A stretch of 64,000 nt of DNA, taken from Geosiphon pyriformis uo1 (Eukaryota > Fungi > Glomeromycota). The DNA is taken from the NCBI GenBank assembly GCA_016748015.1, contig JAAOMT010000304.1:62001-126000 (forward strand), read 5' to 3'. The notes under the pieces were generated by a model that had not been told where the DNA came from, made no database searches, and worked only from the letters and a program-made list of their open reading frames with translations. Positions 1 through 11,785 of this stretch are shown here, one piece after another. Position numbers and translations under genes: made by a program. Position 1 is the stretch's first letter. Each line of letters opens with the position of its first letter.

Positions 1-422
1 ACTAAATTGCAAATTGCCTTAGCTTATTTTTTTTATCTTTTTTTTATCTTTTTTATTTTATTTTCTTTATTTTGTTGTATTTACTAATTGATTGAAAATT
101 AAGTGTTGAATTATTAACATCACGGATAGCCTGGTAAAAAACCCAGAAATAAGAGTAGAATTATACATATATTAACAAATAGCTTATTAGAAGGGCATGA
201 CTGCCAGATTAAATCGGCTACCACATTAAAAACAGAAATTGGGAAAATGACTTGAGAAATCAACCAAAAACCAACCAGAGTAAATCTCTGTCTATTATAC
301 AAAGAACTTAACTAACACCTTCAGATCCATAACATCTTTAAAAATCAACATTATTATATTAATTAAGCACCAAGTTACAGATTTGTTATTTGCTTTGAGA
401 TCCCAAATAATTACTTATAACA
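1..422 (+). repeat. Partial 5' LTR of element A
   Basis: Ends in ...TTATAACA directly before a PBS. Homologous to, but diverged from, 19159-19592. Confidence 0.85.
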
Positions 423-424
423 TT

Positions 425-439
425 TGGTGCTCCCTGTGA
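425..439 (+). other. Primer-binding site of element A
   Basis: TGGTGCTCCCTGTGA 2 nt after the LTR; TGG complements tRNA CCA. Confidence 0.85.
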
Positions 440-484
440 AATATAATTTTACAGAGAATCAGCACTAACAGCAATCATCCAAAA

Positions 485-3400
485 GTGGCAGAATCAGAAA
501 TAATAAGAACAAATCATTTAGGATTTGTTAAATCCTTATTTTAACAATACAGCCAACAATTGGGCTTAACCAACAACTATTATCCAATGGAATCAGTCTT
601 CAACTTTTACGTCAACAAAAAAATCACAGATTTTCTTAAAAGACCAGTTAATATTGAATCAGTAAGAAAAAATTTTTATACAGAATTAATCCAACATACC
701 AGTTTACCACGAAATCATAGTTTTGCACTAATTATCAGAAAAATTAATCAAAAAATTAAAAGATACACTCAACAACAATTTTCCATTATCTACACAGATA
801 AGGGTAAAGAAAAATTACAAACACTAACAGCAACTTCAAAAAGAATACAATTATCAACATGGAAGAAACAAAGAATTAAATCTCCACTATATCTATTATA
901 TTATCACATAGCTGGAAGTACCATTAATATTGCATCAACAGATGTATCCACATTAAATGTAACATTAACATTTGGATGATTTTCATTTCAAAGTAAACAA
1001 AAAAAAGTGGAATTATTAGGAACTTACAGCAATTATTTTGAAAGATTTAAATTATAATCACTGATGCCATAAAGATTTTGATTACTGTTACCTCCACCAG
1101 ATTTTAGAACTGCAAGTCCTTAAAAAGTAATGAAATTTAAAGAAGAAAAAAACAAGTATCAGAAATTTAATTACCAAAATCTGATTCCAAAAAATCCAGA
1201 AAATCAAATCCTGAATATTCAAGCTCTGACATTAATAATTAACAACACTTACCTCCAGTAATTGTTATCAACCTACCACCAGTTGCTACACAACAACAGC
1301 CACTGCCACAACCTCAAATTCAGTTACCACCCCAACAACAACAATAACAACCAAACTTAAATCCAATGGTCTATGCTCTAATAACAAAACTTGAAAAGTT
1401 TATGGGCAAAAAAAATGATGCCCAAATATGGCTAAACAATGTTGAAAAAACCATTACAGCCAATGGATAGAATGACATTAGAGCCATGTAAATCATTTTA
1501 TATTTTCTCCAAAATACCAACAACTCATGATATCAAAGCTTAGTTAACAAATTCCAAGATTTTAATGCATTCAAGCTTGCATTCTTATAATATTTCAGCA
1601 ATAATAATAGCATTAACTACTTAGCCAACATTTTTATTATTATTAAACAAGAAGAAACTAAAGCAGTCACTACTTACTTGAGACACTTCCACAGAACTTT
1701 GCACCAAATTCAGGCAATACAAGCTGATTATTTCACAGTATCACAAATCTTAAACCAATTTATTAGAGGCCTGTATAGTAGCCTCTTCCAACACATATGT
1801 CCATTGCATCTAGTAGATTTTTAAGCCACCATTATAAATGCCAGAAATTTTGAAGCAGCTGAACTTAAAGCTAACTATGCACAAGCCATAAATCTAGTAA
1901 TGAACAGATCATCTGACTTGGATTCCAAGCTAAAGTAATTCAGCGACTTAATTAATCAGAAACTAGAAGGATACTTAGCTAACAATTAAGCAATTTATTA
2001 ACCTTCACAATGATACAACAATCAGGGAAACTCAAATCATTCCCAAAATCAATTGTGTTCATTAATGTCAACCAATTAACAGTGACAACAAATAACATGT
2101 GTTTGCTACTATTGTTAGAAACAAGAATACTTACAAATTGACTGTTGCTGTTGCTTAAATAACCAACAATTAGGAAATCAGTATTGAAATCCTGATTACT
2201 GGTTTCAAACTCTGAGTTACCAACCAAACTCAGAACCATATTATCAGAATTACTTATCAATAACACAGCAATCAATATACTAACTGCCAATATATTAAAC
2301 TCCAACACCCATAATATATCAGCCTTAACAAACTTAAATACCACCACAAAACTTACCTTAAAACAGAACCCAAAGGCTAAAAATAACACAACAAAGCTGA
2401 AGATTGGTAATAGTAGTCCATCAACTAATCTTCAGTTCTTCAATCCAACAATCAGGATCTTAACAGCAGAATTTGGATACTGGGTACACCTAAAACCCAA
2501 ATTCTCAACACTACTTATGCTTCATCTAATAACCAGGAAACCAACTACAACCAAACACCTACCAACAACATTCCACCAGCCACTGTCATGGAAGATGAGT
2601 TATTTACAGCTATATTTCCTTTTGAAATCAAAGAACTATTAGAAATTTCTTTGTTTAGTAGAGCCGCACTCAAAGAAAAACCCATCATTGCAATATATAC
2701 TAATGCCAAAATTGATAACCACTCCATCAAACTAATCTTAGATAGTGAATTAGCTGGCAGTATTATCACAAGACAACTCATGGATCAATTAGGTTACCAA
2801 ATTAATTAAGCTGCCAATGCAAAGATAATTACAGTTAATAGAGCTACTAAGACTCCAATTCATGAAATAGATAATTTATCTATCAAAGTCAATGGTATTA
2901 TCATATCAATCAAGATATTAGTCATGGAAGCCACCCAATACTAAGCACTTATGGGTAATGATTGGCTGTTCAAAACAAATGTGACACTTGACTGGACTAC
3001 TCAGAAGTTGCAACTTAGTTAGAATAAACAATACACATAAGTATTAGCAATATGTGGTCATTTCAAATCCAGTACCAACATGCCAGCATTACTTATCAAG
3101 TTTAACAATGAAAAAAAAAACCTATTTGGGAAGCTTATCAAGTTTTCTGAACCAATGAAAATCACAACAAGTTACCACCAATTCTTATTTAAAATAACAG
3201 CAGAAAAGGAAAACAAAAAGAAGAACTTATCTGGAACACTGACCAAATATTGTGAAATGACAACAACCATAATGAACTGCTGCCAAATTGGGAGTAAAAA
3301 GAAAATAATAATAAGAGAAAAGGGAAGAAAAAAAAGAAGAACTAATACCAAACACCACTTATAGTTTATACATTTACACCTTACTACAACCATCTAACTA

Positions 3401-3911
3401 TTGCTAACCAAAACTGGTATACATTAATTGCAGCAAGAAATTGTCATTAATGAGCATATGCTGTGGTGACGATGAGGAATATGCAATGACAACAAAATTC
3501 TATTGCCATCTATACATTCAAAAAGACAAAAAAAATAGAATAACAAACCTTGTCTTACTTGTAAAACTATTTTGCCTGACAAAGGAATGTGGAATGACAT
3601 TCTTAGCAGAGGAGGGACATGTAATGAAACATGTCAATACATGATTCTAATTAATGACTGAGTACATAAAGACACTTCAATCAACAATACATGGAAAAGA
3701 GCATTGTGATGTTTGGAAGAATATTTTTAAGACAAACATGAGATCTGGAGAATGACGAGCACAAAAGCAGAAGGCATTACAACCAGCAAATTGCTGGAAA
3801 TTAAAAACAATTTAATAATTTTTTCAGAACCTAAATATGTTCTAATGTTTGATATCTTTAGCAATATTGAAAACAATCCTGAAAAATTCCACAAGTATTA
3901 CCAATGCCTGG
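485..3911 (+). pseudogene. Element A gag - protease - Cys-rich domain (5' part of gag-pol), degenerate
   Basis: Capsid-like MVYALITKLEKF at 1366, protease LILDSELAG at ~2730, CLTC and CNETCQY motifs. Many transition-derived stops and some frameshifts. Colinear with element C. Confidence 0.85.
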
Positions 3912-4888
3912 TGTTACCAGACAAAATTAGAGATATTATTTAGCATAAAATTATTTTTATAATTCCTATCATTAATTAGCATATATTATCATTTCAAATT
4001 ATAACTTATTACATTAGCAAAATATCTGAAATTATCATTTAATTAATAACCCAATTTGTACATAACACAAATGTAACCTAATTGTGATGATCAATCATGC
4101 AATACCCAGAACTATGTAACATTTAAAAGTTTGCCGAAAGTTGTAGAAATTTGCTGAAATAATTGATAGTTTACTGAAATATCTAATAGTTTGCAGAAAT
4201 AACTTGTGGTTTGCTGAAATGTATCTTTAATTCAGCGAAATTGTAGAAAAGAGCAAAGTTCAAGTTCATAAAATAGTGTTATGACAAATTGTATAAAAAA
4301 AAAGCTTTTCTCTTCGAGAAAATGTATCTTACTTTAGATTTATCACTTAGAACTATTTTTACACACACAAAAAAAAATAAATATCAAATAATTTGAAAAA
4401 ACAAATTCTTTAATTATTGCACTTCAAAAATTTTCAAAACCCAACTAACATTTTGAAATTGATTAGCTACCAATTTCAGTAAACTATTAGTGACTTCAGG
4501 CCTGGATAGAAAACATTTCCCTTGATAAAATCCTATTTCTTTTACATTTCTTTTATTTTTTTTCTTTTCTTATTACAATCATTAGGGTAGTCTACAGACA
4601 AGATTTCTGTAGAAGAGTTAACTTTTACAGCAAAGTAACTACACATTTTTAGTGAGCTTCCAGACGAGCAATTCTTGGGAAAGAATTGACGTTTACTATA
4701 GCATAACTACATAAAATAACTGGCAAGGAATTGGCCATTTCACTTATAAGCCCAGCAGTTCAAATTATAGGAAATAATTTGAAGATAAATTCAGTTACTG
4801 GAGGTCCAACTACTTCTTAAAAACGTGAATTCACAGCAAATCAACATTACCAACATTTAAAAAAAGAGACCAAAAACCTCCAGTAACA
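3912..4888 (+). repeat. 5' LTR of element B (977 bp)
   Basis: TGTTACCAG...CCAGTAACA; near-identical to 12432-13327. Confidence 0.97.
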
Positions 4889-4890
4889 TT

Positions 4891-4906
4891 TGGTGCTCTT
4901 CCATGA
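4891..4906 (+). other. Primer-binding site of element B
   Basis: TGGTGCTCTTCCATGA 2 nt downstream of the LTR. Confidence 0.8.
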
Positions 4907-4934
4907 AAATAACACAGTGACAACAACTTCAAAA

Positions 4935-7900
4935 GTGGCGACTCAAACAGATTCAAAAACTTTAGAGTATTATCAGTCAATTTACACCCACTGCAAGCAG
5001 AGATTTAACATCTCAGATGGAATTGAAACATTCAAGAAAACACTTTACCAGTACATTAAAAATTGCATCAACAATTATTTTCTTAGAGACTACAACATTT
5101 CAGAAGTTAAACACAACTTCAACAACAGAAACCAATATTAACCAGCACAAACCTTATTGACTACTTAGCAGAAAATTGAAGTGAAAAGACTGAATTAGAA
5201 CAAGAAACAGAAGACTCAGAAAATGAAGAAGAAATGGCCTCCACATATATCACAAAAATCTCTGAGTTTACAGGAGAAGACAGTGAAACCAGTCCTTAAG
5301 AAAGACTTGACAAAGTCTCAAAAGCAGGAGATGCAAATGGTTGTAACACTGCCAGAATGTTAAAAGCAATTCCATACTTCTTACAAGAAACAGTTGGTGA
5401 ATGGTTTGAAAACTTGGAAGCCCCACCAAAACACTGGAAAGCATTCAAAACTGCTTTCCTAGAACAGTTCACTGACAATAACACTTCTATTACCCTTTGA
5501 AACTGGTTCCAAAATATCAAGCAAGAACCAAGTGAATCAGTTATGACCTATCTTGGGAAATTCAACAAACTGCTTAGAAGAATTTGCCAATTAGAAACAA
5601 ATGAATACTACTCCAATGCACAAATCTTGGATCAATTCATTGCTAGACTAAAAGACAAACTTATCAAGAAAGTTCACCCACATGCACCAGAAAATTTAGC
5701 CACTGCTATTCAACAGGTAAAAAACTATAAAATAGCTATGGAAGAAGCCAACCATACCAAACTTGTTAATCTGGCTATTGGAGAAACCAGCTCAGCAGCT
5801 GAAGAAAAGATTGACCAATTAACCAAAAAAGTTGAAAACTACTTTACTAACCAACAGCAACAACAGCAGCCGCAGCAATCACAACAACCACAAAGATACC
5901 AACCCCTACAATGATACAATCAAAACAACTTTGGACTACTATCCAACAACCAAATCCAAAATTGTCATTATTGTAGAATTCCAGGACACTGGAAATGTGA
6001 TTGTAGAAAATTGCAATGAGACCAACAACAGAAGAATAATCAATGTTATTTTCAACCACAACAATCATATTATCCACCACCACCAGCTCAATATTTACCA
6101 AGGCCACAATATCTAAACCACTATTATCAATCTGCTCCACAACCAGTCCAACAACAGTATCAACAACCATCCACACCACAATATCAAGTGTCAGCCAGAA
6201 GATTGATTCAACATAATCAATTTATACCACAAAACCAATATTAAGTAAACAACAATAGAATCAATTCGAACAACCAATTGGTTCCCTGAAATTCAGCTCA
6301 ACCAAGACCCAACCACTATCATACTCAATCTAGTTATCTTACAATGCCAAAAGAACAGAATTTTCGTCATACTGCACTCTCAGAAGGTAGAGCTGCAGCA
6401 CAACAACAAAACCCTTCCTATACTCCTACTACAATCCCACCAGCCAGAATTGCTGAAAATGCCAACCTTTCAGATATATTTCCTTTCGAATTTGAAGCAA
6501 ATGAATCACTATTCTTGCTTAGCAATATAGCAGCTAATGAGCAAAAAGCCATCACTGCAATGTACACAGAAGCTGAAGTAGAAGGAAAGCCAATTCGCTT
6601 GATCCTAGACAGTAGATCCACCAGAAGCATCATCACATATTAATTGATACAACAGCTAAAGAAAAACGTTGACTGACCAGCTCAGACAATCATTGTTACT
6701 GCTGATGACATGAAAAAGACTCCAGCAGGAGAAATTGACAACTTTCCATTCACAATTGACAGAATCACCATTCCAGTCAAAGTTTTGGTTATGGATGCTC
6801 CCCAATATTAAGCTCTTGTCGAAAACAATTGGCTCCAAAAAGCCAATGCTAACCTGAATTGGAAGACACAAGAGTTAATAATCTCCTACCAAGGACAACA
6901 TGCCCAAGTATCTACTACTTGTAGTACATTCAACAAATGCTCCGAAAAAACCCCAGCTTTTGAATTCAAAACAGAAGAAGAAAAACCAATAATCAAAACA
7001 TTCATGGTACTTGGATCAACCTCCAATTAGGCTGATAAAACTGAACAACAGTATTTTTCAACAAACAATTCTCTTGAAACAAAAGAATTAGTAACACCCA
7101 GATGGAATGTCCTCTATTCAAAACCAGAACCACAAAAACAATGTCCTTACATTCCACTCAAATGCAAAGATTGCCACAAGAAACTCTCATCAATGGGAGC
7201 TTTTATTTTACCTGAAGAAGAATATGAAAATCATACTTGTTATTACTGTAAGGCCTGTCACAGAGAACAATAGAGCCATCTAATAAAAAGAAGTGAAAAA
7301 TAGGACAACACTCCTTGTTTGACTTGTGGGGATACACTACCAGAAGAATGCAATTGGATTGATGTAGCAATGAGAGGAGAAGTCTGTGATCAAACCTGCC
7401 AATATGCTTTATCAATTCCAGAAAAAGTCAAAAGAGAAACACCTTTTGATGCAGCATACAACAGTGTTCTCAACAAACTTTATCACTACTCCCATGATGC
7501 TGAGATGATTTTTGACCTAACAATGGCATTAGTTAATGGAGCTACCAAAAAAAATGTTCATCAAATGAAAGAATCAGAGTACATTGCATATACTTTTGAA
7601 ATTGCTGAATACAACTACAAAGATAAAGTAAAAGTATATTACCAAATTGCCAGTCACACTTATCTAACCAAAGAAGCTCAAGCTTAATGGCTAGAGCAAA
7701 TGAACATTAAATTATGTGAAGAATGCATAATGCCTTGTGATGAACAATAATGTCCTAAATGCTATGCCCTTAGCATTTCATTACCCAGTAAAAGTGATGA
7801 ATATGAAATCGAATTTGGTGAACCTAAAGCAATGGAAGAAATTAAAACAACACTCATCTATCTTATCAAAAATCAGCCTATCTTACAACTCAAATACTTC

Positions 7901-10156
7901 AACAACAACAGACAAGGAATAAAACCCGAAAAAGCACATGAAATTGATGCTGGATATGACCTAAGATATCCAGACAAGGATACTCTTGTTCTCAAACCCA
8001 AATCTCTCACAAAAATCAACCTCAAAATTGCCCTTGAAATCCCACCAGAAGCAATGGTTCAAATTACCTTCCGGTTCTCTCTGACAAGTAAAAAAATTAA
8101 TGTCAGAGAAGGAATAATTGATGCTGGATATACTAAGAACATAACAGTAATACTCCAAAATGAAACCGATAAACCTTTCAAAATTGAACATGCTGAAAAA
8201 ATTGCTCAAGCTATCTATTTATCCTTAATCAACATTTTGGGTTTATAGTTAATCAATCAAAGAGAACAATTGGGAAAAAGTAAAAAAGAAACACAAGATT
8301 TTGGTTCAACTGGATGATTCACAGTTCCAGTAAACATAGCTCTCAATAAACAAAAAAAATCTTACCAGCTTCTACAACTTCTACAACCAATTATCATTTC
8401 ACTCTTTGGAGAACATTATAAAGTTTACATATGTAAAAACTCCACGACTATTCAACAAATCTTCGAATTCAATGAACAAATTTGCTTAGAACACAACATT
8501 TCAATCCCAAACATCTATGTTCCAAGAGGAGCAAAGAAAGTCTGAGTTACTTTTTACAATCCCAACCATCAACCCATTATTTTATTGAACAAGTTAGAAA
8601 TAAGAGTCATTCACAGCAACATCTTTCAGCAAAAACAACTCCAAACAGTTTTAAATTTCTCAGAAATCATTAAACACTCTTTACCAAAAATCAGCCCCAG
8701 ATCAAGCTCCAAAAATTACTATATTGTTATGAAAAAACTATCTCGAATCAACATGGGACAACTAGAACCATACCAGCAAAAACAGCTTAAAGAGCTAATA
8801 GCAGAATTTGCCAATATCTTTGCTGAAAACAACAATGACCTAGGAAGAACTGATTTGGTACAACACCAAATTTATACTAGAGATGCCAAACCAAGGCAAC
8901 AATAAACCTACCGAGTCACTCCAGAAAGTCACCAATTTATCCAAGATGAAGTACAACGGATGCTTAACAATAGGCTTATTTAGCCATCAATGAGTTCATG
9001 GGCCTCACCTGTGGTCCTAGTTAAAAAGAAAAATGGAAAGATACAATTTTGTGTTAATTATCGACAACTCAATAGTGTCATTATTAGAGATGCCTACTCT
9101 CTTTTCCAAATCAATGACATGTTGGATGCCCTTGGAAAGTCCAAATACTTTTTAACATTAGATTTAGAGAGTGAATACTGGCAAGTTGCCATGAATTCCA
9201 AAGATCGCCCCAAAACAGCATTTACCACACAAGAAAGAAATTACGAGTTCAACGTAATAGCTTTTGAATTATATAATGCACCAGCAACATTCCAAAAACT
9301 CATGGATGTTGTTTACAAAGGTCTCCTTTGGAAATCAGTAGTTGTCTACCTCAATGATACTGATGTTTATTCACTATCTTTTGAATTATACTTAAAACAC
9401 CTGCGAGAAGTTTTTCAACAATTACGGAAAGCAAGATTGAAACTGAACATCAAAAAATGCTACTTTGGAAAAACGAGCTTGGCCTTTCTTAGTCACATTG
9501 TTAGCAAAGATGGAATTAAACCCGACCCTAGAAAAATCAGCACTGTCAAAAACTTCAAGACTCCACAAAATACCACAGAATTAAGAGGATTTATTGGATT
9601 AGTATCCTATTACTGAAAATTCATTAAAGGATTTTCAGAAATCACAAAACCTCTCAACCAGCTCACTACTAAAAACATTGAATACAAATAGATAGAAAAA
9701 CACCAAAAAGCTTTTGAAATTCTCAAGGAATAGCTGATAACAGCTTTAATTCTTGCCTACCCAGACTTCAGTAGCCAATTTTGATTAGCTACAAATGCTT
9801 TTTACATTGCTTTTGGTGCCATCTTATTACAATTAGATAACAACAGAAATGAGCGAGTAATTGCTTATACTAGCAGAACATTAAAACCAGCTGAGAAAAA
9901 CTATCCTGCCACAGAACTAGAAACAGCAGCTGTAATTTGGGCTCTACACCACTTCAATCTTTATCTCAGGTCTAAAGAATTTGACATTATCATTGATAAT
10001 ATTGGACTCAAATGGCTTCAGAACAAAAACACTTAGCTGAATGCCAAACAAACCCGATGGACAGGATTTTTAACTAACTACCGATACATTGTATATTACA
10101 AACCAGGAAAGCTTCACACCAACATTGATTGTCTCTCAAAAATGAGGCAAGATTAA
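4935..10156 (+). pseudogene. Element B gag-PR-Cys-rich-dUTPase-RT-RNase H polyprotein, inactivated by point-mutation stops
   Basis: ORF fragments at 5234, 5543, 6344, 7319, 7832, 8585, 8990 and the end at 10154-10156 all share one frame. Motifs: zinc knuckle CHYCRIPGHWKCDC, protease LILDSRS, RT SSWASPVVLV / LTLDL..YWQ / VVYLNDT, RNase H YPATELE...NIDCLSK. Confidence 0.92.
7892..8314 (+). pseudogene. dut: dUTPase domain within element B pol
   Basis: All five trimeric-dUTPase motifs are recognisable: AGYDL, (S)R(S)SL, GIIDAGY, KIAQAI, QDFGSTG. Confidence 0.92.
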
Positions 10157-10206
10157 AACACAAAACCAACACTCATTCAAATTAGCAGTAACAAAAACAA
10201 CAAACA

Positions 10207-11592
10207 ATAAACTCTAAAAACTACAACAATCTTAAACAATATTTGGAAACACTAACAATCCCAACAGATTGGTCTTCAGATGAAAAACACCGATTACAAC
10301 AAAAAGCCAAACAATATTTTCTACACAACAACACCATTTATTATCGAAACTTCAGAAATTCAGACAAACTACTCAGATTAATACAGAAAAATGAGAAGAA
10401 AACTATTTTATACAACATGCACTCAGACTCTTTATCAGCACATTTAGAAAAAAATAGCACCACCCAAAGAACATTAGAACACTAATTTTGGCTCCAAATG
10501 AGAAAAGACATTTATGAATACATTAAATCTTGTAATAGTTGTCAAAGAAGAGGAGGAATTCACTCTATAGAACCTTTAAATCCAATCAAAGTTGGACAGT
10601 CTTTTGACTGAGTTGGTATTGATTTAGTCAGACCACTGCCTATTACAAACCAAGGAAACTGTTATATTGCAGTAACTGTAGATTATCTCACCAAATGGCC
10701 TGAAGCCAGAGCCATTCAACAAGCAGATGCAAAATCAGTAGCAAACTTCATTTACAAAAACATTATTTGTAGACATAGATGCCCAATTGAACTTTTATCT
10801 GACCAAGGAACACATTTTGTGAACAACTTGATACAAAAAATTTGTGAATGATTCAACGTCAAAAGACTATTATTTTCACCCTACTATCTACAAACAAATG
10901 GACTTGTAGAACGTTTCAATAGAACATTATGTGAATCATTAGCCAAAGTCTCAACTGATTTTGAGCAAGAATGAGATACTTTTATTTCATTAGTGTTACT
11001 AGCATATAGAACACTAAAACAAGATATCACAAAACACACACCATTTGATTTGACCTATAGAAAAACAGCAATATTACCAATTAGTTTCATAGTAGAAACA
11101 TACCCAGTACAGCCAATTAATGAAGACAATTTTTAGGAAACATTACAACAAAGAGCCTATACTCTGCTTAACACATTGGAAGGAAAATAACGAATAGCAG
11201 CAATCCATAATGAACACTCCCAAGCTCAACAAAAAGAACGGCATGACAACAAATTGCCACTAGTCACCAACAAATTTAAAGTTGGAAACAAGGTTCTTTT
11301 ACATAGAACTAAGGCTGAAAAACAATGGAGTGAAAAATTTGAAAATAAATGGGATGAACCATTCTTTATCCATGAAATCCTAGGCAATGGATCATACAAG
11401 TTAAGACTTAATGACAAAATCCTAGCAAAAGTTGCACATGGAAATCATTTGAAACACTATCATTTCAGAAACAATCCTGAATTATTAATTCCACAAATCG
11501 GTACACATTCCCCTTTAATTAATCCCGAAGATATTCCCTGAAATTTAGAACCAATAGTTGTCATTAAACAACCTCCCAACTTGAACACTTAA
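10207..11592 (+). pseudogene. Element B integrase, encoded as a separate ORF
   Basis: HHCC finger (H..SAH...CNSC), DDE core (GIDLV, SDQGTHF, QTNGLVERFNR), GPY/F-like W(D)EPFFI, C-terminal LEPIVVI. One frame from ATA (likely ex-ATG) at 10207, different from the pol frame. No chromodomain. Confidence 0.9.
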
Positions 11593-11785
11593 ATTATATA
11601 TTACTATAGTTATTCCCTTGTAAGTTAGAAACAATTCCACAAAAACATAACAAAGACACTGAAAACAAAATCAAAAATAAACATAAAAACCCACACACCA
11701 AAAATAATTTCAATTTATTTTCTTTCATTTCAATTCCCTTATAATAACTATCCTTCAAAACATTCAACAGTTATCTCAAAAATTA

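Noticed and set aside
5234-10156. Alternative genetic code or programmed readthrough explaining in-frame stops
   Set aside because: TAA, TAG and TGA all occur, at different positions in homologous copies, and match C>T/G>A changes.
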